Assembly: GCA_965198235.1 (NCBI GenBank)
Contig: OZ240248.1
Location: 224,001-288,000 of the forward strand
DNA: 64,000 nt
DNA from: Candidatus Poribacteria bacterium
GTDB lineage: Bacteria > Poribacteria > WGA-4E > WGA-3G
Direction of reading: 5' to 3'
The notes beneath the pieces are model-generated. The model was not told the origin of the DNA, made no database searches, and saw nothing but the letters and a program-made list of their open reading frames with translations. Below are positions 17,631 to 27,948 of this stretch, in pieces. The first letter of the stretch is position 1, and every line of letters begins with the position of its first letter. The position numbers were made by a program, and so were the translations under genes.

Positions 17631-19664
17631 ATGAAAAGCGCAATTGTTAATCGAAAAATCTTGGTAGTGATTTTAGGTGTTGTGTTGATAGGCATCGGCA
17701 CGCAGGGCATTAGTTATGGTCAAACTGCGGACGAGTATCCGCCAGCAGTAACTATCGAACTACTCAAGGACGGAATTAAAATAGGCTTTGGAACACACGG
17801 AAGATTTTCCGTTTTTAACGTAACGAACCGCAGTACTGCTTCTACTGATTCAGTTCGCGACTCCAAATGGCAGAGGCGGGATGATTCAACGAGCCCCTGG
17901 GTTGATGTTCCTGATTCAGAAAAAGCTACCGGATTATACGGCTATGTGGTAACGCTTCCCGGTGAATACAGATGGGTTGGCGAGGTTAACCACAATAGTG
18001 TATGGGGAAAATACGCCAGCGGGAATATTCTTCAGCTCACGCCAGACGGAACAGTGACGAGCAGTCTAGCAGAAGTAGAGGGTGTCCCGAGCGACCCACA
18101 CAAACTGGCACTTGAGGGGCATACGGATGGTGTCCTTTCCGTAGCGTTCTCCCCTGATGGTCGCACGTTAGCGAGTGGGGGTCGGGACAGGACGATTCGG
18201 TTGTGGGATACTGAAACCGGACAACACAAACTGACGCTTGAGGGGCATACAAATGGTGTCACTTGCTTAGCGTTTTCTCCCGATGGTCGCACGTTAGCGA
18301 GTGGGAGTTGGGACGATACGGTTCGGTTGTGGGACGCGAAAACAGGGCAACACCTGCAGACACTTGAGGAGCACACGGATGGTGTCCGTTCTGTAGTGTT
18401 TTCTCCCGATGGTCGCACGTTAGCGAGTGGGGGTTATGACAATAAGCTTCGGTTGTGGGATACTGAAACCGGACAACACAAGCCGGCACTTGAAGGGCAT
18501 ACGGATTATATCCGTTCTGTAGTGTTCTCTCCCGACGGTAGCACGTTAGCGAGTGGGAGTTATGACAGGACGCTTCGGTTGTGGGATGCTGAAACCGGCG
18601 AACACAAGCTGACGCTTGAGGGGCATACGGATGGTGTCCTTTCCGTAGGATTCTCTCCTGATGGGCGCACGTTAGCGAGTGGGAGTTATGACAGGACGCT
18701 TCGGTTGTGGGATGCTGACACTGGAGAACACAAACTGACGCTTGAGGCGGATATGGATTATGTCAATTCCGTAGCGTTTTCTCCCGATGGTCGCACGTTA
18801 GTGAGTGGGGGTTATGTCAATACAATTCTGTTTTATGACGATACACTTCGGTTGTGGGATGCGAAAACCGGGCAACACCTGCAGACGCTTAGAGGGCACA
18901 GGCGTGGTGTCACTTCCGTGGCCTTCTCCCGGGATGGTAGCATGCTGGCGAGTGGGAGTTATGACAATACGATTCAGGTGTGGGAACTGACACCCGCTAC
19001 GCCCACTGTCGAACCATCTCAACCCGCTACGCCTGCCGGCGAACCAGTCCAACTCGCAGGCGATCTCAACACCGACGGTGTCGTCAATATCCAAGATCTC
19101 GTCCTCGTTGCGTCGCAGTTCGGACAAACCGGGCAGACTGCGGCGGACATCAATGAAGATGGTGTGGTCAACATTCAAGACTTGGTCTTGGTGGCAGGGG
19201 CGTTCGATACGACTGCGTCGGCACCCACTGCGCATCCACAAGTCGTTGAGATGCCCACCGCAGGAGAGGTCCAGGGGTGGTTGCGCGATGCAAAGCAATT
19301 TGAACATAAAGATCCAACGACGGCAAGAGGGATCGAGATGCTTAAAGACCTCTTGGCACTTCTGATGCCAGCAGAAACCGCTTTGTTGCACAACTACCCG
19401 AACCCGTTCAATCCAGAGACGTGGATCCCCTACCAGTTAAAAACACCCGCAGCGGTTCGCATCGCGATTTACAACCCGCGTGGCGTTCTGGTGCGTGAAC
19501 TGTCGCTCGGGTATCAGGTAGCGGGGCGGTATACCTCGCGCGCGCGGGCAGCGTATTGGGACGGCCGGAATACAGTCGGCGAACCGGTCGCCAGTGGCCT
19601 GTATTTTTACACGCTTACCGCCGGGGATTTCTCAGCGACGCGGCGGATGGTGATTTTGAAGTAG
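17631..19664 (+). CDS. Secreted WD40-repeat protein with dockerin-like and C-terminal FlgD-Ig/T9SS-CTD-like domains
   Basis: 7 WD40 repeats; two D.N.DGVVNIQDLVLVA repeats; NYPNPFNPETWIPYQL...WDGRN..GEPVASGLYFY. Confidence 0.88.
   Translation: MKSAIVNRKILVVILGVVLIGIGTQGISYGQTADEYPPAVTIELLKDGIKIGFGTHGRFSVFNVTNRSTASTDSVRDSKWQRRDDSTSPWVDVPDSEKATGLYGYVVTLPGEYRWVGEVNHNSVWGKYASGNILQLTPDGTVTSSLAEVEGVPSDPHKLALEGHTDGVLSVAFSPDGRTLASGGRDRTIRLWDTETGQHKLTLEGHTNGVTCLAFSPDGRTLASGSWDDTVRLWDAKTGQHLQTLEEHTDGVRSVVFSPDGRTLASGGYDNKLRLWDTETGQHKPALEGHTDYIRSVVFSPDGSTLASGSYDRTLRLWDAETGEHKLTLEGHTDGVLSVGFSPDGRTLASGSYDRTLRLWDADTGEHKLTLEADMDYVNSVAFSPDGRTLVSGGYVNTILFYDDTLRLWDAKTGQHLQTLRGHRRGVTSVAFSRDGSMLASGSYDNTIQVWELTPATPTVEPSQPATPAGEPVQLAGDLNTDGVVNIQDLVLVASQFGQTGQTAADINEDGVVNIQDLVLVAGAFDTTASAPTAHPQVVEMPTAGEVQGWLRDAKQFEHKDPTTARGIEMLKDLLALLMPAETALLHNYPNPFNPETWIPYQLKTPAAVRIAIYNPRGVLVRELSLGYQVAGRYTSRARAAYWDGRNTVGEPVASGLYFYTLTAGDFSATRRMVILK
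18101..18990 (+). repeat. Near-identical 126-bp intragenic tandem repeats (WD40 units)
   Basis: Recurrent TTCTCCCGATGGTCGCACGTTAGCGAGTGGG and CGGTTGTGGGA at 126-bp spacing. Confidence 0.9.
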
Positions 19665-19690
19665 CGGCGTTATGGGTGCGCGTATGAGGA

Positions 19691-20440
19691 GAGTTTGGGG
19701 GCTACGACCGAAAAGGACCTCGGGGTGCGTTCAGATATAAAAAGAACGTCGAGATGTATGACACAGGAACCGACACATGGGTCAAAAAACGGGATATGCC
19801 AACGCTGCGTGACCACTTCACCATCGCGATCGTTGATGGAAAGATATACATCATCGGTGGGCGTGTTCACGATAAAAGACTTGATGAGCCTGTGGTAACA
19901 GGTCTCGTTGAGGTCTACGATCCGTTAACCAATAAATGGGAGAAGCGCGCAGACATGCCGACAGAACGAGAGGTGACCGATGCTGCCGTTGTAGACGGTA
20001 AAATTTATGTTCTTGGCGGTTATGATAGGCGGAGGGCACCCCGCCTTGCCGAACGTTTTGTTAGAAGTATTGAAGAATATAATCCGAAAACCGACGAATG
20101 GTATCAGCTCCCTGATATGCCAATGTTCAGAGGTTGGTTTGCATCCGTTGCCGTCGATAATGAGATTTATACAATAGGTGGTATTAATCGGGAAATTAAT
20201 CGCATCGGTGATGTTGATGTTTATAATCCAAGCGTTAACAAATGGCGTAAAATAGAGCCAATGACGATCCCAAAAACGACAAGAGCAGTTGTTGTTAAGG
20301 GTACCATCTATGCCTTAGGTGGTCTTGAAAATGGTGGTAAATTGTCGCCAATCGTTGAGGCGTTTGACACCGGTTTTCTGGCAGTTGACCCAAAAGACAA
20401 ACTACTGACACGCTGGGGTGAACTGAAAAAATCCCAGTAA
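19691..20440 (+). pseudogene. 5'-truncated Kelch repeat protein
   Basis: GKIY.IGG...VEVYDP..N.W repeats; frame open back to FGGY at 19694 then stop; no signal peptide or RBS. Confidence 0.75.
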
Positions 20441-20445
20441 ACTAT

Positions 20446-20631
20446 ATAACCCGAGTTGCCACCTATAGGATTTTAGGTAGGCAGACATTGTGTTTCATGA
20501 AAGAGGTCTGCGCAAGCCTATAGGAAACCTGCGGGACAATATCCGTAGAGGTCTTGTAGCGTAAACTTTCAGTTTGCGCACGGATATGCACAATCTAAAA
20601 GATTATGCTACAAAATGGCAACTTAGGTTAT
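20446..20631. mobile_element. MITE-like element containing a REP pair
   Basis: Inverted ends ATAACCCGAGTTGCCA / TGGCAACTTAGGTTAT (14/16 match). Confidence 0.55.
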
Positions 20632-20838
20632 TAGAGTCTGTGCGAGCAGCTTTCGTACCTATCCAGTTTATCAAAAAAATAGAAATGTGATATACTGTTT
20701 CATGTCAAGGAAAACATTATGCAGTAAATTATTTAATTTTCTCGCCTACCTAAGCGTGTCGATTAAATTGCTCGTGAGATAACTTATGATGGGAATGTGG
20801 GGACAACCAAATCTGTTCGCGCACCGTGGAGGATCCTG

Positions 20839-21762
20839 ATGGTAGAAAACGATGTTCAACTGATCCATAGAATTTTGTCAGACGATGACGAGGCATTTAG
20901 CATCTTGGTCCAAAAGTACCAAAAGAGTGTTCATGCCCTTGCGTGGCGGAAAGTTAACGATTTTCACTATGCTGAGGAAATTACGCAAGATACCTTCCTC
21001 CAAGCATATAAAAAACTCTCGACCCTCAAAAACCCTAACCAATTTGCGGGGTGGCTCTATGTCATTGCAAATCGACTCTGTATTAATTGGCTCAACAGAC
21101 ACAAACCCGCGATGCAATCGCTGGAGGACACGCCTATGGAAGAAATAGAGGAATCCGCTTATAACCATCATGCCGCAGAACAGCGCGAAGCGGAAGGCAC
21201 CACGTATCGCTATGAAATCGCCCAAAAACTTCTCTCCAAACTGCCGGAGAGTGAACGCACAGTCATGACGCTCTACTATCTTGGTGAAATGACAGCGAAG
21301 GAGATTAGCAAATTCTTAGGCGTCTCCGTAAACACGATTACAAGTCGACTGCGGCGGGCGCGAGAACGTTTACGTCAGGACCAAGAACGCTTGGTTCAGG
21401 AAGTGCTCGGCGGCGTGCAGTTATCCACCAACCTCACCGAGAACATCATGCGGCAGGTCGCCGACGTGAAACCGATACCGCCTCCGGTAGCGAAACCGTT
21501 GCTCCCGTGGGGTGCTTTTGGTATCGCGAGCCTTCTGATTGCCTTGCTGTTAGGCGTGGCCGGCGAATACCTCGTCCGCTTTCAGAGACCGTACAGTTTT
21601 GAGGTAGTCTCCGAACCCACCGTTGAAATTGTTGACACTTTTATCGTTCTCGATGTCGATTCAAAACCCGATGTTCGGTTAAAATTCATAATTCATCCAT
21701 TTTTTTCATATTATGCACCCTTTCCGTCCGTAAAGTGTGTCTTTAATAATGGGGGAATATGA
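20839..21762 (+). pseudogene. ECF sigma factor with TM segment; C-terminal domain deleted
   Basis: Sigma2/sigma4 motifs; similarity to the two long paralogs stops at DSKPDVR (~21678) and the frame runs into the next promoter. Confidence 0.8.
21711..21742 (+). promoter_or_regulatory. Putative ECF-type promoter motif
   Basis: TTATGCA-N18-TGTGTCT. Confidence 0.6.
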
Positions 21763-22337
21763 TTACAACGACCTTTAAGATAAAGGAACATATTCGGATG
21801 AGCCTTGCCAACAAAACGTTAGTGTTAGTCGGGGGCTTAGCGTTTGGTTTTCTGTTGTCCTATGCCCAAGGGCTTGTCCCGCAGGACACGCGAACCGAGG
21901 AAAACGCTGTATCACTGAACCCTAATCGACGAACTGCACAAACCGGAAAAGCCGCCACAGTGATCTTAATTGTTAACGCTGCCGACGGGATAATTGGCAA
22001 CGGTAGTGGTTTCTTCGTTCGACGGGATCTGGTTGTTACCAGCGTTCACGTCCTTGCTGGCATTTATGGAGAGTCCCATAATTGGGAGGTAAAGTCGGTT
22101 AACCAACCGATACGGCACACTATCAAAGGTGTCGTGGCGAGCGATCCGGAGCACGATCTGGTTATCTTAAAGGTGGAAGGTAAAGAAGCAGGGGTTCTCC
22201 AACTCGGGGATAGTGATACAATGAAACTTGGCGAAAAGGTTATCGCCGTGGGCACCCACGGGAGTACCCACAAGAATGCGCTGGGTGAGCGCGATCATAT
22301 CTGTTCGCGCATCATGGAGGATCCTGATGGCAGATAA
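21759..22337 (+). pseudogene. Trypsin-like serine protease, truncated before catalytic Ser
   Basis: GSGFFV, VTSVHV, DLVILKV, LGDSD...GEKVIAVG present; no G.SGGP. Confidence 0.75.
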
Positions 22338-25300
22338 CGATGTCCAACTGATCCGAAGAATTTTATCAGGCGACGATGAAGCATTTGGTGTCTTGATCCA
22401 TAAATACCGAAAGGGTGTTCATGCCCTTATATGGCGGAAGATTGGCGATTTTCACTACGCTGAAGAAATTACGCAAGACGTTTTTCTTCAGGTATACAAG
22501 AAGCTTTCAACGCTCAAGAATCCCAATCAATTTGCCGGGTGGCTCTATGTCATTGTGGATCGGCTCTGTATTAATTGGCTCCAAAGACACAAACCTGCGG
22601 TACAATCGCTGGAGGCAACAAGTGCAAAAGAGATAGAGGAATTCTCTTATACCTGTTATGTATCCGAGCAACGCGAAACAGAATCGCTTGATCGTCGGCA
22701 TGCAGTCGTCAAGAAGTTGCTGAAGAAGCTACCGGAGAGTGAACGCACAGTGGTGACACTCTACTATCTCGGCGATATGACAACAAAGGAGATTGGCAAA
22801 TTCCTCGGTGTATCCGTGAACACGATTAAGAGTCGGCTCCGCCGGGCGCGGAAACGTTTATTGGATGACCAAGAACTCTTAGTTCAAAAGGTTCTCGGCG
22901 GTGTACAGTTATCGGAAAATCTAACAAGCCATATCATGCGACAGATCGCCGACATAAAACCAATACCACCTCCGGCTGCGAAACCGCTGTTCCCATGGGT
23001 TGCTTTCGGTACCGCTACCCTTCTAATCACTTTGCTGTTAGGCGCGAGCCAACCCTACCTCACCCGTTTTCAACAACCCTATAGTTTCGAGGCAGAATCC
23101 GAGCCGACCATCGAAATTATTGATGTGCCTTTTACGCTTAATATTGATTCAAAACCGAGTGTCCGGAATCAGGCCGGAAGTGCTGTATCCCCGGGTAAAA
23201 ACAACAGTGCCGGTTTACAGTCTTCTGAAGCGCATTTGACGACCGCTACGGAAACGGATGTGCCCGCTAAATTCTCTACAGCGCAGTGGACACAGGCAAG
23301 TGGCCCCCAAGGGACCCCAATCTTTGATACCTTTGCTGCGTCTGATGGCACACTCTACATTGACACACAAACAGGTATCTACAGATTGACAGCGGATACA
23401 CCTGCATGGACACGCATCAACGCGAATATCCCAACCCCTGGGGGCTATATGTCTATGGCAGAGCATAGCGGCACCCTCTATATCGTTTCTGATGATGAAA
23501 TCTTCACTTCGAGTGATGATGGCGAGACATGGGACGTCTTTTGTCCTCGACCAGAGGGAGATCATCATGTTGGGCTGATCGTAACCGATGCGCCGCAAAT
23601 CACTCCTTCACGAACAGGCATTGCAATGTATCTTGCGTTTCGAGATGAAGGTATTTTCCGATCTACGGATGCTGGCACACGATGGAACTCGTTTAACGAA
23701 GGGTTGTCAGGTAAACGCATTCGCGCAGTGGCAGAAATTGGAAGCGTGGTATTTGCTGGCACAAACAGGGGACTCTACCGTCTCGGCGCAGATCGTTGGG
23801 AGCAGGTGCCAGTGGAAACCTTCAAAACTCCCCGATCCTTTGAAACTGAGGCGTTTGCTGACGTAGACAGCGGATTCTATCGTCTCAACGCAGAACGATG
23901 GGAGCAAGTGCCGGTGCAATTCTCCAATGCTATCCATTTCCTGAAGGTCTTTGAAAACAATCTCTATGTTGGCGTCGGTTCGGATCTGTCTATGTGGCAC
24001 TCGCCTGAAACGAAAAGAGGGATAATAGTAAATCCAAAAGCACTCAGAGGGGCGATTTTCCACTCAGTTGACTTCGGTAAATCGTGGACGGAGATAACGC
24101 CTAAAAATGAGCCTCTCTTTTTTACGGCAAGCACGGAGATAGAGTTCTGGGTTGCTGGCGAGACGCTCATCTTACACGGTTCTGAGCAATTTCGGTCAAC
24201 GGATGCGGGGAAAACTTGGACAAAACTTGATGTTAACACACGTTCCTTAACAGGTCTTAATTCGCGACATATAGGCGTAAACGGTAGGACTTTTTATGCG
24301 GTTGGAACGAACGGGATTTATCAAACCATTGACACCGGTGAATCGTGGCACCCATTTATGGATGGAATCATAGGAACGAAGATAGGAAGTTTGGTGGCAT
24401 TCAACAACCGACTCTATGCGTATACCTACAGTGATATTGCCCAATCAACCGATGCAGGTGAATCGTGGAAAAGCGTTCTGGTGGATTCCAAATCCACACA
24501 GGAAGAGCGGTCTCCCGTTGATTTCTCTTCTAATTCAAACTTGGTGGTCGTAGAGGGTGAGCTTTATGCGATTGCGTCTGAAAAAGAGAATCTGCGTATT
24601 TACCGCTTGTCTACGGATGCCAATGTCTTCGCGCCAGTTCAAGGAATACCCGCTTTTCATACAGAAATACTGTCCACCGAATTATGGAAATCTATTACGG
24701 AAGCCAAATATTTCTCTTTCTTTGATGACGTAGAAATGGATTCTCGGTTGATGAAGGCATTGCGTAGTGCTGCGACCCGTGCGACAACCGGTGGATTTGC
24801 GATCAGTGATGGGACGTTCTACGTGGAATACCAGCGAGTGCTTTTCAAATTGAAAACCGGCGATTCGGAATGGACGAATACGGGATTAATAGACCTCACC
24901 GAACGGTCATCAAGGGGTACACCTTGGAGACAAGGATTCCGGTTGGCTGCTTCAGGGGAGACCGTCTATGTCGGAAAACGAGATGGCACACTGTTTCAAT
25001 CACTTGATGAGGGAGACAGTTGGAGAGATATTACACCGAATCTTCCACTCCACTTTACCCACTTCAAAGAGATCGTCTTTATCGGGTCAACGGTTTACGT
25101 CGCAACGGACGCAGGTGTCTTGGCTTCACAGAACGGCGAACACTGGCGCGTGCTCACCGATGAAATGGGGACCCGTCCCGTCATAGATAGATTCACTGTC
25201 GATCATACCAACGTTTATGGTGCTGGTAATGCAGGGGTCTATCGCTTGGATGACTATAGCAAGTGGGAACAGATTTCTCCAAGTATTCGGGGTACAATTG

Positions 25301-25386
25301 ACGCGCTTGTCGTCGGTAATAATAAACTTTACATTGATCTTGAGCAAGGTGGGATGTCTCATATCCCGCTTGAAGAATTACAATAG
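22327..25386 (+). CDS. ECF sigma factor - TM - BNR/Asp-box beta-propeller fusion
   Basis: AEEITQDVF, FAGWLY, LPESERTV..LYY, IKSRLRRAR; TM near aa 225-245; multiple S.D.G.TW; GGAGGA RBS. Confidence 0.88.
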   Translation: MADNDVQLIRRILSGDDEAFGVLIHKYRKGVHALIWRKIGDFHYAEEITQDVFLQVYKKLSTLKNPNQFAGWLYVIVDRLCINWLQRHKPAVQSLEATSAKEIEEFSYTCYVSEQRETESLDRRHAVVKKLLKKLPESERTVVTLYYLGDMTTKEIGKFLGVSVNTIKSRLRRARKRLLDDQELLVQKVLGGVQLSENLTSHIMRQIADIKPIPPPAAKPLFPWVAFGTATLLITLLLGASQPYLTRFQQPYSFEAESEPTIEIIDVPFTLNIDSKPSVRNQAGSAVSPGKNNSAGLQSSEAHLTTATETDVPAKFSTAQWTQASGPQGTPIFDTFAASDGTLYIDTQTGIYRLTADTPAWTRINANIPTPGGYMSMAEHSGTLYIVSDDEIFTSSDDGETWDVFCPRPEGDHHVGLIVTDAPQITPSRTGIAMYLAFRDEGIFRSTDAGTRWNSFNEGLSGKRIRAVAEIGSVVFAGTNRGLYRLGADRWEQVPVETFKTPRSFETEAFADVDSGFYRLNAERWEQVPVQFSNAIHFLKVFENNLYVGVGSDLSMWHSPETKRGIIVNPKALRGAIFHSVDFGKSWTEITPKNEPLFFTASTEIEFWVAGETLILHGSEQFRSTDAGKTWTKLDVNTRSLTGLNSRHIGVNGRTFYAVGTNGIYQTIDTGESWHPFMDGIIGTKIGSLVAFNNRLYAYTYSDIAQSTDAGESWKSVLVDSKSTQEERSPVDFSSNSNLVVVEGELYAIASEKENLRIYRLSTDANVFAPVQGIPAFHTEILSTELWKSITEAKYFSFFDDVEMDSRLMKALRSAATRATTGGFAISDGTFYVEYQRVLFKLKTGDSEWTNTGLIDLTERSSRGTPWRQGFRLAASGETVYVGKRDGTLFQSLDEGDSWRDITPNLPLHFTHFKEIVFIGSTVYVATDAGVLASQNGEHWRVLTDEMGTRPVIDRFTVDHTNVYGAGNAGVYRLDDYSKWEQISPSIRGTIDALVVGNNKLYIDLEQGGMSHIPLEELQ

Positions 25387-25932
25387 ATGCAGTTTCCGAA
25401 TTTCCACCTGCCGCCCTGATAAGGGGAATTTAGGGGATTGAGAATTCCCGCTGCCAATTGACCACCGCTTCCCGCTGGCGAGGTTTCCTAACCTCAATTC
25501 TTCCGTCCAAACCCCACACCGGTCGCTGGCGAGGGTTCTTGGGGAAAAAGAAACGCCCAAGCAAAAACCCCTATCAAAAACACCTCGACTCTTCTGTTGC
25601 GATCTCCCGATCGCGCCCCTTGAAGCTTCTTGTGGGAGGGGTTTGTAACCCCGACCTCTTTCATCATCCGATGCATCTGCGATTCAGACGAACATCGCTG
25701 GGGTTCTCATTTCCCACCGACCACTGACAACCCTCCTCTGTAGGAGCGAGTGTTTTTGCTTGGGTATTTTCCCATGCTCGCGATATCTTTCCTATATTTA
25801 CAGAGATGTCACCCCTATGGGGTTCAAGATAATCACCGAGACGTATTTCTACACAGATGGGGTTCTCCTCTGGGGCTGACGGCTGATGGCTGATGGCTGA
25901 CTCCTGACCGCCGACTCCTGATTTTTTACATT

Positions 25933-25963
25933 TTATGCAAGTTTTCCCTCCAAAATTGTGTCT
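25933..25963 (+). promoter_or_regulatory. Putative ECF-type promoter motif
   Basis: TTATGCA-N17-TGTGTCT followed by TTGAAAGGTA. Confidence 0.6.
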
Positions 25964-26237
25964 TTAGTAATTGAAAGGTATCGTGTACCACGTTCAGGTG
26001 GGTTTACGCTTTGAATTCTATGTGCTACAACTTGAGGTGAGGCGCGTAAACAACGCCTCCCTGCAGACCTTTGCGATAATGTGCTGAGTGTGGCGGACAC
26101 CAACAGCATTTTCATGGAATAGGATGAATGTCTGCTATGTCCGCTTAGGAACCTTTCAAAAACGGCGGTGTGTTATTGGATAGAGAATCGGACAGAAATT
26201 GTCACCCTATACCAATCAATTTAATGGAGAGACTTTA

Positions 26238-27683
26238 ATGTTAATAACCTTGATTCAGAAAGAGATGATGCATCATATCCTGAGTGCTCGGTTTGTTGCG
26301 CTACTGCTGATGTGTGTCCTGCTGATCCCGCTCAACTTCCATATCAACTACCGTCGTTATCTCCAACGCCAAGTCGACTATCAAGAAGCCATCGAAAAGG
26401 AAAACAATAAGGACCTGGCGGAGCAACCTTGGAAACAGAGGAAGACGACAGACCCGAATCTTGAAGTTTCCAAGCTGATTCTTAAACCTACGCCTTTAAG
26501 TGTGTTCGCGACCGGTTTAGAATCTGCCCTTCCGAGTTATCTCGGTATGACACGCAACGGAATAACGCGGGGAGAAGCGGCACTGTCTACCGCGCCGATC
26601 GCCTTTCTTTTGGGGCATCTCGACTTTGTGTTCGTTGTCAGTACCGTCTTTAGTCTACTCGCGCTACTATTCACCTTTGATGCAGTCGCAGGCGAAAGAG
26701 AAGCAGGAACACTTCGGATAACCCTCGCCAACGCGCTACCACGCGATATCTTTTTGTGGAGCAAACTCATCGGTGGATACCTCGTATTCATCCTTCCGTT
26801 CTTAATCTCGTTAATCATCGGCTTGCTCGTGTTGGTCTGGCAGGGGTTCCCGTTGGCTGAACCGGAAATTTTTCCGCACGTCCTCTGCCTTGTCCTCGTC
26901 TCGCTGCTCTACATTGCTGTCTTTTTTGCAATGGGAGCGGTAATTTCAATTTATTTTGACAGTTCCAAGACAGCACTCATCGTCGCCTTTACCATTTGGG
27001 TGTTCGCTGTCCTCATTTTACCTCGGGTTGGCTTTCTCGCGGCGCAAATCGTCACGCCGACTTCAACAACAGCAGAAAGCGTCTACAGGGAAAAGGCAGC
27101 GAGGCGCGCAGAAATGCGTCTCTCCCTCGAAGCGAAAAGAGGCGAAATCATGGGTAAAATGATACAGGAATCTAATGCTAATGCCCTGCAGGGAGGGAAA
27201 ACGACAGGCTTCTTTAGGTTAGATGAAGAATTTGTCGACAAAATGAATGAGGAGATGGCACCTCTTGAAGAGGAATTTCGGTTGAAATACCAAGATCTCG
27301 CGACGCAACTCGACAGGCGTTATCAGCAAGAAAGAAAACACCAAGATGCAATCGGCATAAACTTTTCGCGAATCACGCCTACGGCTTCCTTCATTTTTCT
27401 GGCGACGGACACCACGCAAACCGGTCAAGTGAAAAGGAATACCTACTTCAAAACAGGGACTCGCTACTATGAGACACTCGATATGGAAATGTTCAGCAAA
27501 ATGTCAGAGGCGGCTCTTATCCAGGCAGAAGGAATCCCGGACCCGATGCTACCCCCGCTGCTCTCAGAGTTAAGCTTAGAGGAGACGCTGCAGCACGCCG
27601 CCCTGGATTTGCTATTGCTCTGCTTTTTCGCAGGTGGGTTTGCAACCGTGGCGTTCCTGAAATTCTTCCGTATGGATATTTGA
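26238..27683 (+). CDS. ABC-2 type transporter permease subunit
   Basis: LIQKE N-terminus, FDAVAGEREAGTLR..LAN, multiple TMs; GGAGA RBS. Confidence 0.85.
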   Translation: MLITLIQKEMMHHILSARFVALLLMCVLLIPLNFHINYRRYLQRQVDYQEAIEKENNKDLAEQPWKQRKTTDPNLEVSKLILKPTPLSVFATGLESALPSYLGMTRNGITRGEAALSTAPIAFLLGHLDFVFVVSTVFSLLALLFTFDAVAGEREAGTLRITLANALPRDIFLWSKLIGGYLVFILPFLISLIIGLLVLVWQGFPLAEPEIFPHVLCLVLVSLLYIAVFFAMGAVISIYFDSSKTALIVAFTIWVFAVLILPRVGFLAAQIVTPTSTTAESVYREKAARRAEMRLSLEAKRGEIMGKMIQESNANALQGGKTTGFFRLDEEFVDKMNEEMAPLEEEFRLKYQDLATQLDRRYQQERKHQDAIGINFSRITPTASFIFLATDTTQTGQVKRNTYFKTGTRYYETLDMEMFSKMSEAALIQAEGIPDPMLPPLLSELSLEETLQHAALDLLLLCFFAGGFATVAFLKFFRMDI

Positions 27684-27948
27684 ACGGAGAACGTCAGAGT
27701 TTGGAATTATGAGGGAATTTAACGTCTTGGCATTCCACTTCCTCCACAATGACTTCGGTGGTAAGGAACTTTGGGAAAATAATAACGTAACCAAATCGAT
27801 GCTCCGCGGTCCCCTTGCAACCGGCGGAGAAACCGAGTTTGGCGAGAAATTTGAAGGCAGGTGGGAAGAGCTTATAAACGGTGTGCTTGCCTCTAATAAA
27901 TTGGTTTATTGAGGCTTCTTGTTTGGCCAATCCAATGGGAGGACAAAA

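Noticed and set aside
18101-18990. Regular DNA repeats as CRISPR or DGR template
   Set aside because: In-frame 126-bp WD40 coding units; no reverse transcriptase; differences not adenine-specific
22228-22326. Longer upstream starts given by the ORF track for the ECF genes (20797, 22228, 29128)
   Set aside because: The shared RBS-containing leader places the starts at 20839, 22327 and 29218
27709-27912. 67-aa ORF between ABC permease and LamG gene
   Set aside because: No motif or clear RBS; may be a gene fragment but cannot be supported
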